From: Octopus bimaculoides
Lineage: Eukaryota
Assembly (NCBI RefSeq): GCF_001194135.2
Contig: NC_068984.1
Span: forward strand, 38,341,003-38,405,002
Length of the DNA stretch: 64,000 nucleotides
Direction of reading: 5' to 3'
Notes under the pieces: generated by a model
Databases searched by the model: none
What the model was told of the DNA's origin: nothing
Seen by the model: only the letters and a program-made list of their open reading frames with translations
Made by a program: the position numbers and the translations under genes
Shown here: one piece after another, positions 25,513-38,879 of the stretch
How positions within the stretch are numbered: the stretch's first letter is position 1
Layout of the letters: the number at the start of each line of letters is the position of its first letter

Positions 25513-26587
25513 GATGGCAACACTGAACTAAACCTTAATATGTTATCTTTGTGAACTGAGGCACTGAGATTGTTTTTGTGGGACTCACCAGTTGTTTGTA
25601 AATCATAGACCTTTATGTGGGCAGACTAATATCCTACTGACTTACCCAAATAACTTTCTCACCTTCATTCTATTTTTCATTTTCTGTCTAGCTTTTACTG
25701 TTTATCACTCATTCACTGTCTCTTTCAATTTCTTTCTCATGTACACATTAATATTTCCATAGTAACATAGATTGTGGTGGTTCTGGAAATTGCATTACTT
25801 TGCATTGATTGTTGAAACAAAGTTTCATAGCTTGATTTTCTTTTGAAAGCCAACCAGTCAACCATAATGTGGTTGGAAATAGAAGTCACCCAGCTAAATT
25901 AGGGCAAATTTCAGTTATATAGCTTATCTTAATATTAGTGATAGTGTTTAAATTCTTGTCTTCCAGACACTCTTTTATTTAAATGTTTTATTCTATTTTC
26001 TTTTTATATCAGTGTGAATTTCATAGTGAAGTTGTGTTTTCTTTTCTATTTATTTTATTGTTGATAGACACCTTTTTTTATTTGCTTTGTTGTTGTTTAG
26101 CTCCAAGTTTGTTCTGATTGAACAAATCTAGGATCAAAGGAATTCCTGCTATGACCATCCAGTTTTATGTTTCATAGTGTATCTATCTTGGACATCATCA
26201 TAATATGTCTGTTCTTTTGTACACACATATCTCACTAGTTGCTGTAGTCCTTTGTCTTCCCCTGCATGAGATTCAACCACCTGGGATCAACTTTCACCAT
26301 TTCTTTCCATGTCTTTCTGTCTATCTTCCTTTCCTGCCAATTCTATGTATTTCAAATTCTTGATACTTCTTTACCTAGCTTTCATCCTTCATATGCATCA
26401 TATCTCTGTACTGGCTCAGTCTTCTCTCATACAAGATACATCTGATTCTTTTACCCACTTCTTCTCTAAGTTCATTTGTGCTATGTTGTGCTTGTGTGAC
26501 TCTCATAAGCAACTCATCTACACCTTGTTTTCTCAGCAACCACCAAGCTACAAAACATGGTAATCTGTCAAAGGTCATCTTCATTTA

Positions 26588-26720
26588 AGTCTGGTTCTCA
26601 ACTGGGATCCATATGACCCTTGGGGGTCCATATAACCCTTGGGGGTCCATATAACCCTTGGGGGTTCATATAAGATTTTAAAAAAATTTGTGCAATAAAT
26701 TGGTTATACATCTACAATAC
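26588..26720 (+). mobile_element. Possible hAT-type MITE end with short tandem repeats
   Basis: TCTGGTTCTCAACTGGG resembles the hAT (Charlie-like) terminus CAGTGGTTCTCAAC; followed by 3-4 copies of GGGGGTCCATATAACCCTT. The other TIR was not found. Confidence 0.3.
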
Positions 26721-27117
26721 ACTTTAAGAATTTATGTAGCTGTCTCACTTGAAAGAGAAATGTTGATTCTGATTTAGCAAATTACTTTGTTGTTGTTGTT
26801 GTGTAGCCCTTGGTCAACCCTGAAAGAGTAGATCTTTGGTCAAAGTTATTCCAGCTGTGGCCAGCCATCTTATTTTCAGACATAATGTATCTAGACCTAC
26901 ATAATGTAATGCATACTTTTTTTGAAGGAAGTTATGATTCGAGGGAGACTTCGCTGCTATTTTTAGCAGTGTAAATGACCATGTGGAGGTTCTTTCTTTT
27001 ACTCATAAATTACTGTTTTATTTTACTTGTGTATGAGATAAATTAATATAAAAAATTATAAAATTGTCTCATCTCTTTCTTGTTAATGGCTGAAAATATT
27101 TCTTTCCCTTAATTTAG

Positions 27118-27203
27118 GCACAAGAAGAGTTTACAGAAGCCAAAAAAGTGTTTGATGATATTAATAATGAGCTACAAGTTGAACTTCCAGAGTTTTATGA
27201 CAA
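27118..27203 (+). CDS. Amph: Amphiphysin-like exon (BAR)
   Basis: aatttag / gtaagt; AQEEFTEAKKVFDDINNELQVELPEFYD(K); phase 0-2; ELP motif. Confidence 0.93.
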
Positions 27204-27667
27204 GTAAGTTAATATTTTCTTGTATCTTAAAACTATTTATAACTTTACTTTCAGTAAACATTGGCTGTTAACATGAGCACAAGGTCTTAAATTTGAGAGA
27301 CGAGTAGGGTTGATTGTATCAACCACAGTACTTGAATGATGCTTATTTTAACTTCAAGTTTCATCCCAGAAGAATGAAATTTTGAACTTAATGCCTCTAA
27401 TAAGTATTACAACCACCCTGATACTTGTGAGGGATCAGAGCATTTATTGCTGTATTTAATCTACCTGTCCACTGTAGTAATCAAATCTTCATTGTTATAT
27501 TTAAAAACAAGCAATATTGGAATCTTGTCTTATGATATAAATCTTGTCTGAGACATTAATTGAATATTCCTAAGTTCCCACTTGGCTACAACACTATGAG
27601 ATTAAAGTTAATGGAATGATGAGAAGGAGTTTAATTAGCAATGACTCTCATCTGTTAAATATTTATA

Positions 27668-27933
27668 TCGTTGCCAGTGCCCCCGGACTGGCTTGTGCGG
27701 GTGGCACATAAAAGACACCATTTCGAGCGTGGTCATTTTTGTGCGGGTAACACGTAAAAGCACCCACTACACTCTCTGAGTGGTTGGCGTTAGGAAGGGC
27801 ATCCAGCTGTAGAAACTGCCAAATTAGATTGGAGCCTGGTGTTGCCATCCGGTTTCACCAGTCCTCAGTCAAATCGTCCAACCCATGCTAGCATGGAAAG
27901 CGGATGTTAAACGATGATGATGATGATGATGAT
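27668..27933 (+). mobile_element. Young RTE 3' UTR fragment
   Basis: 3' UTR repeat units, terminal sequence and (GAT)n tail. Confidence 0.85.
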
Positions 27934-28082
27934 GCTCTGATTACTCTCAAAATTGCTCTAATTCACTCACCAGTTGTTGGTTTTACATGTCTCATTACAA
28001 AGCCTGTATAACTTCACCTTGATAATAATTATTTTAACACTTTATAAGTGAACTGCTTATCTTACCTACATTTCTTATACTG

Positions 28083-28470
28083 CAGGCACGACTCTATGGT
28101 TAAGGAGCTCACTTTGTAACCACTTGGTTTCAGGATTAGTCCCACTGCATGACACCTTAGAAAGGTGTCTTCTATAATAGCCTTGGGTTGATCAATACCT
28201 TGTGAGTGAATTTGTTTGATGAAAACAGTGTACAAGCCCATTGTGTGTATAATGTGTGTGTGTGTTTATGTTTGTTCTCCACACTGCTTGACAACTAGTG
28301 TTGGTGTCTTTACATCTCCATAGTTTAGCAGTTAGTTAAAAGAACCAATAGAGTAAGTACCAGACTTTAAAAATACATACTGGGATTGATTTCTTTGACT
28401 AAACTCTTCCAGGAAGTACCCTAGCATGGCCACAGTTCAATGATTGAAACATGTAAAACAAAGATAAAAG
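28083..28470 (+). mobile_element. tRNA-headed CORE-like SINE with internal (TG)n and non-RTE tail
   Basis: Head GGCACGACTCTATGGTTAAG..GGATTAGTCCC; tail GCATGGCCACAGTTCAATGATTGAAACATGTAAAAC. Related copies at ~29845-30190 and ~58212-58780. Confidence 0.7.
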
Positions 28471-28498
28471 GCTGTATAATTTCAATTTGTTATTTCAG

Positions 28499-28574
28499 AC
28501 GGGTACCGTTTTACTCCCAATCATTCCAAAACCTGTTTGCTGCAGAAAAAGCCTTTCATTCAGAACAAGGAAAT
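28499..28574 (+). CDS. Amph: Amphiphysin-like exon (BAR)
   Basis: tatttcag / gtaagt; (K)RVPFYSQSFQNLFAAEKAFHSEQGN; phase 2-0; matches the amphiphysin SRV.FY..TFQ....E..FH pattern. Confidence 0.93.
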
Positions 28575-30589
28575 GTAAGTAATAGTATCCTTTAATTTTT
28601 TTTTTTTTAATTGAAACAAAAATTTTCGAAGTTTCACTTTTTCTTATCCCTTTAAAACTCATAGACCTGTCTAGTCCATATTAACAACCATTCTCTCATT
28701 GATTTAGTTTTCTCCCTCTGTGTTCTTAGTTGAGTTCAAGTCCTATGAGAATCCATAAGTACAGTAATGCATAAGCATCAATTCAATCAGCAGTTTTCTA
28801 TATCCCTGGCCAAAGTAAGGTTTAAATTTAGTTAACAAGTCATTATTTTATCGATTATATTCAACCCAGGGTAGCATGACATATCATTGATTGTGTAGAC
28901 TTTGCTATTTTCCATTACAAAAATGACATTAATTTTTCTTAATATTTCTAGAATAGTCAAACCTGGGGCTCATTTGAATGCAGGTCTGTTTGATCAATGC
29001 TGATTTAGGTCTTTAAGATTTACACACTGAAATAAATAGATTGTTTTGATCAAAGCTATGGTGCAATTCCTGAATGGATATTTTATATTATCCATAATTT
29101 TTCCACCTTAATGTCTTAACCTCCTGTTAGAAATTTCATGTGGAAATTTTATTGGAATTTAAGATATAATTTCAAAAGTATTTATCTATCTATTGCACAA
29201 AGCAGTTTAACCCTTTAGCATTTAAACCAGCCATATCCTGCCAAAATATTCTACTTGTTTAATGTTCAAACTGGCCAAACCTGGCCTCACACGTCTACTC
29301 ATTCTAAAAATGAACAATCACATCACTGATATCTCAAAGGTACAAGATAACTCATGGTTAATTCAAAACAATGTGAATAAATAAGCATTACATTTGACAG
29401 AGGTTAAAGGTTAAAGGTGATAAATTGGCTGAATTGATAGACTGTTGTCTAGAATGATTTGCAATACTGGTCCAACTCTCTCTGCTCTGAGTTCAAATCT
29501 TACCAAAGTCAACTTTGCTTTTCTTCTTGGAGTTCATAAAAAAAAGTACTAATCCAAGGTAGTGGATTAGCAAAACTGTTAGTCTCAGATTGGATGCCTT
29601 ATGTTGTTTGTTCTGACTCTCTACATTTTGAGTTCAAATCATGTTGTGGCCTACTCATGTGGTCTTTGGTTCGAGAATATTTCCTGGCCCCTGCCTTATA
29701 CTAGTCTCAGAAACCCTGTAAATGAAAGGATGGATGTTAGTATAGATGGGAAAGGGCTATGAATTTTGAAGGAAGAAAAATAACTGAAACCTAGAAAATT
29801 TTAGTAAAGGATAAAAAAAAAGCATATGTACCATTATAGGTACTGGCATGGCTGTGTGGTTAAGAAGCTTGCTTTGCAACCACATGGTTTCAAGATCAGT
29901 CCCACTGCGCAGCACCTTGAAGAAATGCTGGCCAATGTTTTATGGGTGAATTTGGTAGACAGAAACTGTATGGAAGCCTGTTGTGTGTGTGTGTGTGTGT
30001 GTTCCTTCCTTCCTTCCACCTGACAATCTGTGTTTGTTTATGTCTCTGTAACTTAGTGGTTCGGCAAAAGAGGCCAGTTGAATTAGCACCAGACTTGAAA
30101 TAATTACTGGGGTTGATCTGTTTGATTAAATCCTTCAAGACGTTGTTCCTGCATGACTGCACTCCAATGATTGAAACAAATAAAAGAAGATAAATGATAT
30201 TAAAAAAAATGTACATTTTCATCTACAAGCTCCTTGAATATAGATGACAATCAGCTGATGAATCGGGTTTGACTCTCAGTAATAGTTATTTCACTTCGGC
30301 CTTTAGCAAAGGTACATACAACACATCTCCAGTTACTCCACCTCCCGAAGTTAATAGTGTTATTGATCAAGTAATGAGTACTTCTCATTATAAAAGGTCA
30401 AACAATTGACATTTTTACCATTGAAAGTACTCTTAACTATAATTTTAAAATATGTTTGTATTGTAGCCACAGGTCAACTCTGGTGGAGCAAGTTTATGAT
30501 CAAAGCTATTTCAGCCTTGGTCATCCTATCTTTGTGGGGACATCTTGAAACACATTTATTTAATGTGTCCTTTCTTTTTTCCTAAGGTG

Positions 30590-31625
30590 ATAAAGGCTAG
30601 GATCAACTGATTGAGTTTCTTGAAGACATCACTCGAGTCACTGATTGTGGATCATGGGTCGATGTTGTTTACCTTGACTTTACTAAAGCTTTTAATTCTG
30701 TGTCACACAAAAGACTTATAGCAAAACTCTCTGCAATGGGTGTGAAAGATGATCTTTTTAACTGGTTGGACTACTTCATTCTCAGTCAAAAAGAGGTAGT
30801 CACGGTTCTAAGACAGCATCCTTCATCCTATGAGATGTCATCTGGTTTACCGCAGGGATCTGTTCTTGGTCCCCTTTTGTTTGTTGCATATATTAATGAC
30901 ATAAATGTCAACTTGAAGAATGCCACAGTGCTGAAATATGCAGACATCAAGCTGTACCTTGAGATAAAAAGGACAGATCCTGAACACTATAGATCTTTCC
31001 TGCAATCAGACCTGGACACAATGCAACACTGGATCATGTATATGGCTATGGTGTGGCCACACTTAGAATTTGCATCACCAGTTTGGAACCCCTATCTTGC
31101 TCAGGACATTGACCTTCTGGAAACTGTTCAGAGATGTGCAGCCAAGTGAATACCCTCCATCGGGCATCTACCATACTCTGAATGCCTTGCTTTCCTGGGC
31201 ATAGATACATTGAAGCTCCAATGTCTGGCAACTGACTTGGTAAACACCCACAAAATTATTAACCATCATGCCAACAACCACCTTGAACACATTTCGAGTT
31301 CCATGTGTCTAACACATGTAGGCATGCCAACAAAGTCAGAAAACAACACAACTCCCTTAACTTTTGGAAACATTTTTCACACTCGAGAGTTACTGAAGCA
31401 TGGAACAAACTACCTGCATCAGTTGTTAGTTGCTGAAAAATTGCATCCTTTAAAACCGCTTCCTGAAATTTGCCTACACTACACCTGATATCTCCACCTC
31501 TATGTATGCACACACGTATGTCATGACTCATACACTGTTCACTTTCCTGACTTTTGTACATAATTCTATGTACTGTACATGCACCTTTGATGAGTTGTAG
31601 TACACCTGAACACTATACACAATAA
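30590..31625 (+). mobile_element. CR1/L2-type LINE, 5'-truncated and internally deleted
   Basis: DVVYLDFTKAFNSVSH; SGLPQGSVLGPLLFVAYIND; KYAD; PHLEFASPVWNPY...LETVQR. An internal deletion joins MQHWI to MYMAMV. Confidence 0.85.
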
Positions 31626-31746
31626 TTTAATTCATCATCATTATCATTTAACATCCACTTTCCATGTTGGCGTGGATTGGACGGTTTGACTGAGAGCTGG
31701 CAAGCCAGAAGGCTGCACAGGTGCCAATCTAATCTTCCTAACACCA

Positions 31747-31747
<1 letters not shown>

Positions 31748-31794
<47 letters not shown>

Positions 31795-31812
31795 GTTATT
31801 ATTATTATTATA
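31748..31812. repeat. (ATT)n microsatellite
   Basis: Direct observation. Confidence 0.95.
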
Positions 31813-31814
31813 AG

Positions 31815-32185
31815 TGGAGACATGGTTGTGTGGTAAGAAGTTTGTTTCCCAACCACATGGTTCCAGATTCAATCCCACTGTGTGTCACTTTGGACAAGTG
31901 TTTTCTATTATACCCTCGGGCCAACTAAAGCCTTTTGATGGATTTGGTTGATAGAAACTGAAAGATGACCATCATATATATATATGTGTGTGTGTGTGTG
32001 TTTTCCTTGTCTTGACATCACATGGTAGTTCATTTTCAGTTTTCTGCGAGAACATGTGCGGCCACAGGGAACAATTACTTTGCTTGGAAGCAGGGTGGGG
32101 GTTAGCAACAGGAAAATCTCTCTCAATAAACTCCATCTGATCCATGCAAGCATGGAAAAAGGGACTTTTAAATGACGATGATGAA
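31815..32185 (+). mobile_element. tRNA-headed CORE-like SINE with internal (TA)(TG)n and RTE-type tail
   Basis: Head GACATGGTTGTGTGGTAAGAAG...; tail CCATGCAAGCATGGAAAAAGGGACTTTTAAATGACGATGATG. Related copies at ~50870-51205 and ~55823-56640 (interrupted). Confidence 0.75.
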
Positions 32186-32327
32186 GTTAATAAAGTGTGA
32201 TCTGAGGGCCATTTAACTGTTGTTTCTTGCTGGTCAAGTAAACGCATAAGTTTCGTTTGTTGGTTTAAAATACAGTTATTTATAACCGTAAATTGTTTTG
32301 TTTTTCATTTTCTATATTGTTTTCCAG

Positions 32328-32410
32328 ATATCAGCAACTTTGATTGAAATTTGTGAGTCTTTATCAGCAAATTTTATATTACCTGAAAGAAAATCAACGA
32401 TACGATCAGT
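32328..32410 (+). CDS. Amph: Amphiphysin-like exon (end of BAR)
   Basis: ttttccag / gtaaat; ISATLIEICESLSANFILPERKSTIRS(V); phase 0-2. Confidence 0.8.
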
Positions 32411-32590
32411 GTAAATATATATTCTATTTCTATTTATATGAATCTATTTTTGCTAGTTTCAAATCCAGTTTATATTTTTTTTCATAGTCATATTCTGTCT
32501 GTAGGTGAATTTGATTTCCTTTTTTTTTCCTTTTGAAGATTTAATATTAACATTAATCTCACATCACTTCTTTCTCTGCTCCCCCCCCCA

Positions 32591-32621
<31 letters not shown>

Positions 32622-33570
32622 CCACACACACACATGCATGCAAATGCACACATATACATCCATCTCTTTGCTATTATATCTCTGTATCTGTCTATCTTTC
32701 AACCTATCTGTCTACTTATATATCTATCTGTCTATTCATGTTTATATATCTGTCTGTCTTTTTATCTGTCTATCATTCTGTCTGTTTGTCTCTATTTGTT
32801 TGTGTTTACCAAATCCTGAAATGTCTGATGGTGAAAATGTTTGGTGTGTTTGCAAAAACTACCATACATCTGTTCTATTATTTGTGTATAGATTTCAGAT
32901 AAATCTATAACATGTACAGTAAAGATGCAAAACTACAGAAAAACACAGCAATTCAATTACCTTTTGAATTACTTATTAATTTTCATTGAATTTTTCTCTA
33001 CTCATCATTTAATGTATTTTGTTTGGTGGTATACTCTAGCAAAATATTCTCATTTTAATGTCAATAAATATAAATTTATACAAATTATGCAGCTAATACT
33101 CATAATAACTCTGAATATTTAGATATCTCTAGTTCAATTCTAGGTTTAGGCATGTTGATGTGGTTCTGTTTTGTTCTTGAAATTAATAGTAACCAAAATT
33201 TCTATAGTTTGACTTAGGGAAGGTGATAAAAGGAGATATTGTGGTCGCATAGTATATATACCAGTGTATAAGACATTTTTTTAATTATTAAATGTAACAA
33301 AAATTATCATGTGTCTAATGTAATCATATTACAGATGTGATACCTAGTGTATGATGAATATAATGAAGCATTAAATTTATTTTTTCCAATAGTATTTTTT
33401 TTCTAACAAAAAGTAGGGGTTTGTTTTATGTGAGAGTGTCTCTTATACACCAGCAAATACAGTATATATCCATTAATGCATAATCATCATTATAATGATA
33501 TTTCTGATATAATATTGGTGGCTTTACTTTTATTTGGCATAATTTTTGTTCAATCCTTTTTATTTTATAG

Positions 33571-33677
33571 ATCTGAGAGCAATCATCACCTTCAAAATGT
33601 AATTGACAGCTTCCAACAGTTTCAGATGCAATCTAAAGACAATGGTGTAATCTCCTTAGTTTTAAAGAGTGATTCAG
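33571..33677 (+). CDS. Amph: Amphiphysin-like exon (linker)
   Basis: tattttatag / gtaact; (V)SESNHHLQNVIDSFQQFQMQSKDNGVISLVLKSDS(E); phase 2-1, which is the phase needed to join the flanking exons. No homology support for the linker. Confidence 0.65.
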
Positions 33678-34291
33678 GTAACTTAATAATTAACGATAGT
33701 TTTCACAATCAAAATAACTGCCCTTGATATATTATTTGAGTAATTTATATTAATCATAATATAGGAGACTGTACATTTTAGTGACTTGAAGATTCAGGCT
33801 ACATAAAAACTTCTTCAAAAGGATACAATTCAAATGAAACTTTTGTCTTGAATCTCAAGTTTCAGGAAAAAAACCCATATGCAGCTGAAAAATGCTCTAT
33901 TCATCTGTTTTACATACACTCTCCATGCTAGCATGGGTTAGACAAGTCCATTTTTACAGCTAAGTGGCCTTCTTTTTTGCTAGCTCTTACCTAATTTTTT
34001 TATTATTGGACTTTTTATTCCATTTACCTTTCAAAAGGCAATGCCACAAGATGATTTATTAGTAAAGAATGTAAAAAAAATCACTACCATATTTGTCTAA
34101 CCCATGTTAACATAGAAAAATGGATGTAAAATGAATGAATACATATTTAAAAAAAACTTTTTGCTTGCTACTCTGAACTTGAATTAGCACTTTTTCTTTT
34201 TAAATTTTTGAATGATTACGAAATTTGAGTATTAGTTAAATATATCATTTTTTTGAAGATTATTTATAATAATTTTTTATTTCTTTTCCAG

Positions 34292-34374
34292 AAAATACAA
34301 CAATTTGTCCTAGTCAAGAGGATATCAATGAACCAGAGTCTGAGCTTTATCAAAATGTGACCATCACTAACCAA
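34292..34374 (+). CDS. Amph: Amphiphysin-like exon (linker)
   Basis: ttcttttccag / gtaggc; only the phase-1 frame is open: (E)NTTICPSQEDINEPESELYQNVTITNQ. Confidence 0.75.
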
Positions 34375-35413
34375 GTAGGCAATACGAAATTTTACCTCTT
34401 TTACTATATGTTAATCTTAAGCTATCAACTCTTTTATTAGTTACATTCTTATACTTTCACTTCAATAATCTCCGACCTGATGTCTTTTCTTTGCTAATTC
34501 TTATTATTTGTCCATAATATTGTTGCTTTTCTGTCACAAAATCTTTCCTAATTCTGATTGCTTCCTTAAGAATTTGTTTACTGTTGAACAGAATATAGCT
34601 TACTCATTTTTCAGTAACTTATAACAAGAATTTCATTCATATTAAGATATCAAATTCATTGGAAATTATGTTATTACCTACTTTTATCATCTTAGTACTG
34701 ATTAAAATTCAAGAGTTGTTAGGGAAACATATCTCGCTTTTTATTGGATCACACATTTGGTTAAAGAGCTTCATTTCGGTTTCTTGTGAATTCCAGATTT
34801 TCATATAAATCCTATCCAAGATTGCAGTAAAAAGAGAGAGATACATCACTTGATGAGTTGATAGTGATAAATGTGTGGCATTTTTGCAAACTGTTATTCA
34901 AAGTAGCATAAAATGTTATGTGGCCATCCACAATGATTAGGATAACAGCAACTTCTACTACCATAACCAAGTTAACGAAGTTGCCAAATTAAAAATGTTG
35001 GGGTTAAATAGCAACAAATTAAAATATTTTACTCCTATATGAATGATTGGATTGTTTGTTACTCCATTGCTTAATTGAACTACTTATTTATTCAATTAAC
35101 ATGTAAATGGTTGAGTATTCTAAAGACACGTACTTTTAATGTAATCTTCAGGCAGAATCAATGCGCACAGTGTGACAAAGCTGGCCCTTTGAATTACAGG
35201 TAGAGCTTATTCAGTAGGTTTTCACATGTTGAAACCTATTTCATTCACAAGGCTTTTATCATTTAAAGGTTATATAAGACATTTGCCCATGCTGTAAGAG
35301 TGAACCTAAGATCTCATCAAACTTTTTAAACACTCAGCCATAATGTCCTTAGTTATACACATACACACACACTTTTAAATAATTGGAGTGTTTTAAATTT
35401 TCACTATTCACAG

Positions 35414-35632
35414 GAACACCCTAACAGTGGAGAGAGTTCTGAAGCAGTCTTTCAACGTACTTCACCAAGTCTACAGGCATCTGCTAAACCATCTGAAGAT
35501 TCTGCAGGCTCAGTAAGTGTTTGCGAAGAGAATGTTTCAGAATATCAGTCATGCCTTGAAGATTCTAGTCTCTATGAAGTACCCCCAAACAACCAGTCCC
35601 TTAAAAAGCTTCCAGATGGTATACTATATCAA
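35414..35632 (+). CDS. Amph: Amphiphysin-like exon (linker and start of SH3)
   Basis: attcacag / gtatgt; 73 codons EHPNSGESSE...SLYEVPPNNQSLKKLPDGILYQ. LPDGILYQ corresponds to the LPPG.LY. lead-in of amphiphysin SH3. Confidence 0.8.
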
Positions 35633-36467
35633 GTATGTATTCTCTTCTCTTTATTTTTTATTTTTCCTTTCTTATTGTTAAACTAAGTCAAGTTGATAAG
35701 AAAACTAAATATTTGCTAGCTTTGCATTTAAATCCTATTTAACTCAACTTGTATTTTCATTCTCCTTCAGTCAATAAAATAAGATATGTAAGTTCTTGAA
35801 CTAGCTGGAGGTTTGAACATATTAGATGAGTAACTCACAATTTTGAATTTCAATTCCACAACAAATAATTCAAGACGCTTAGAGAATTGAGGAGAAGGTC
35901 TAACACACCATACAATTTAAACTCACCTGTTGGTTTTGGAGCAGCTTTAGCAGAGTTCACTTTGTTGCAAGCACTCAGGCCAGACCCCCCCCCCCCNNNN
36001 NNNNNNNNNNNNNNGGTTCTCTCTACAGTTCTGTGAACTGGACATTAACTACATTCATTTCATCAGTCTGGGAAATCCTGTAAAGATTGCAGGCTCTATT
36101 CTTCTTCTAACTTAAAAAGAATGATCACCTTAGTTGTTTTCAGCAAGATAAGGCTGTGTTTTATGTAATGGCCGAATAATCAAAAACTAAGGGGAAAATA
36201 ACAAACATCTTCATTACCAGCATTTTTATCTATGTTCCTTGTAATATAAAATAGAAATGTTGTCAGTATTGGCAGAACATTAAGTATTGTTAACATTACA
36301 ATGTTACATTTCAAATGGCCCAAACTTGTAAAATTTTTACTCCTGTTTCACCTGCAGCTCAGTCTAGTCTAACTCTAAACTAGACTAAAACTTAGTCTGT
36401 CTGTCTAATTAAATCTGTTGGCCAATGCTCAAACATTTAGGTTTACTTTAGTAGAGTTTACTTCATC

Positions 36468-36825
36468 ATCATTATCATTGTTGTTTAACGTCCGCTTTCC
36501 ATGCTGGCATGGGTTGGACGGTTTGGTTGAGGGCTGGCAAGCCAGGAGGCTGTACTAGGCTCCAATCCAATCTGGCAAAGTTTCTACAGCTGGATGCCCT
36601 TCCTAACACCAACCACTTTGAGAGTGTAGTGAGTGCTTTTTACATGCCAGTCAGGTGGTACTGGCATCAACCATGCTTGAATGGTGCTTTTCACATGCCA
36701 CCGGCATGGGAGCCAGTCAGGCGGCACTGGCAATGATCATGCTCGAATGGTGCTTTTAATGTGCCACCGGCACAGGACCAGTCAGGTAGCACTGGCATCA
36801 ACCACGCTCGAATGGTGCTTTTTAT
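36468..36825 (-). mobile_element. RTE 3' UTR fragment
   Basis: (CAT)n, GTTTAACGTCCGCTTTCCATGCTGGCATGGG and 3' UTR repeat units. Confidence 0.85.
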
Positions 36826-37149
36826 TTATCAAAGAAAATCATCTTGCTTGAATCATCTTGAATGTTAAGTAATCTACTGAAGGATAATAAAATAAGCAGG
36901 TGCCTTTTGACTATGTAACATTTATTTTTATCTTGCATATATCAAGGGAGTTTGTCTGGCTACAACTGAAACTACAGTGGCTTTACAAACATGTGTTATT
37001 GAATGTAAAATATGACACAGCTTACTGTAATATATTTGCAAACAACAGGAATAATCACTCTGTTTTCATAGTTTGGTTGACTGTTGATACTGCTCATTCA
37101 CAATGTCTCTATATTCTGGCAGAAAGGAGACTTTGTTTTTAATCTACAA

Positions 37150-37800
37150 GCCCTTCTACATTAAAAGAGGCCTGGTAAACAAATCCAAAGGTGTCAGCAT
37201 TACTTTGTGGTTGAGAATTTCACTCTGAAATAACTCGGGAAAAAGTTTATGATCTCAGGTCAATTGAAAACTTTCTTATCAAAACAGTATAGGTTCCTTT
37301 TCCAATGCCAACTCTCAAATTCACTATCTAGTCTTATTTGACCATAATACCATTTCTTTTTTGGTGAAACTCTGCTGGTTTCCAACTTCCCACAATATTG
37401 TCATATCTAGTTGTCTGGCCTTGCCAAAAACAGTTGTATTAATTTGTATCATTCCAATTTTGATTCCATGAATTCAATGCATCTTCATGATCACTGAGTG
37501 TCTCCTCTGTCCAGCTATGCTTTATCATTCCATTGAGCTAGATCAAAACTTGATTTCATGTATCTTAGTGAACTTTTGTGACTGCTCAGAGTAGAAGACA
37601 TGCCAGTATGATCCTTGAGGGATCTGTCCTATACACTTTTGACTTATCAACATTATTTCATAAAATTGTTTGCAAAGAATTTAAGTGATAATTGGCTTCT
37701 GAAGTTAATAGCAGCAGTTCTCTCTCAGTAAGCTTTAGTATGCACACCAGGCAACATCAGATCAATGACATACTGAGTCTACAGCTACTTTAGCTACTGA
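37150..37800 (-). mobile_element. Highly decayed RTE-like RT remnant (separate lineage)
   Basis: Weak resemblance on - to VD.YVYLGQ and ML.GSETW..TKKE segments; many stops and frameshifts. Confidence 0.3.
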
Positions 37801-38213
37801 CTGATAGACATTCACAATGGGATGTATTCCATCCCATTTAAATTGATGTCATGGAACACCAAGTCAGTACTGTATGACAGCTGACTCTCTTGGATTCATC
37901 TGCTCTTTTTATAGGTTTTATTTTTCATTCTGTAAAGTATCCAAATACCACCATTCTTTACTAAACAAGCTTGTTGGGTTTACTGCTTCAGTTAGTGTTA
38001 GTCCAGCTATTCACAAACTATACTAGTTTCCCTGGTTACCTGTAGCAGATCTCTGTTACAGGCAATAAGATCTCTGACCTAATATTCACCTGTTTCCAAC
38101 CTCTATACATCATACATACAGAAGCATATAACAATATACTTGGTCTGCTTACATTTCGTTTTATCAGCAATCTGGCCCAATTTTAATTCTATTCTTTTTT
38201 ACATTTTATTTAG

Positions 38214-38315
38214 GTTCAAGCAACACATCCCTATACACAAGCAGATAGTGATGAATTAACATTTGAAGCTGGTGAAGTGATTGATGTTATTGAACCAGAT
38301 AATCTTGAAGAAATG
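38214..38315 (+). CDS. Amph: Amphiphysin-like exon (SH3, first half)
   Basis: ttatttag / gtaagg; [34 protein letters not shown]. Confidence 0.95.
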
Positions 38316-38879
38316 GTAAGGGAACATTTCTGTTCTGTTAAGAGCACATATGAAATAAATTCCTTCAAATGTTCGAGAGGCTCCATAAAAGTAATTGATA
38401 AATGACTTAATTAGCAATGGTAGTAGATGTTCTGAAAGTGTTGTAGACAGAGTAAGAACGGAGGAAAAAGTTCAAGGAGCTACAACTTTTACTAGCAGTA
38501 AAGGGCTTCTCCAAGTGAAAGGCAGATTGTTTGATGTTTGTGTGCACAGTGCTTTGTAGCATGGTGGCAGGAGAGGAATGTTGAAGGCAGAGGATGTATA
38601 TGTTGGAAAGAAATGAGGTAAGCATGCTTTGATGAATGTATAATGTTAGTGTGTATGAAGAAGCACAGATGTGCTGAAAGGAAAGCTAGATATAAGAGGA
38701 ATCATTGCAGTGTACAAGAGAGAAGACTACACTCGTATGAACTTGTAATGTGTATGGAGGATGACATTTGGGTAAAAAAAAATATGATTCAAGTTGAAGG
38801 AAGCTATTAAAGAAGACTAAGGAAGTCACTGGAAAAGTTGATGAAAACTGACCTTAACTTCATGAAGATGACAAAAGAC

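Noticed and set aside
30245-30290. CAGCTGATGAATCGGG hammerhead-like start
   Set aside because: No GAAA or stem partners downstream.
35513-35518. In-frame internal GTAAGT donor in the 35414-35632 exon
   Set aside because: Its use would remove the conserved LPDGILYQ lead-in of the SH3 domain; nearby AGs give introns that are too short (28-56 nt).
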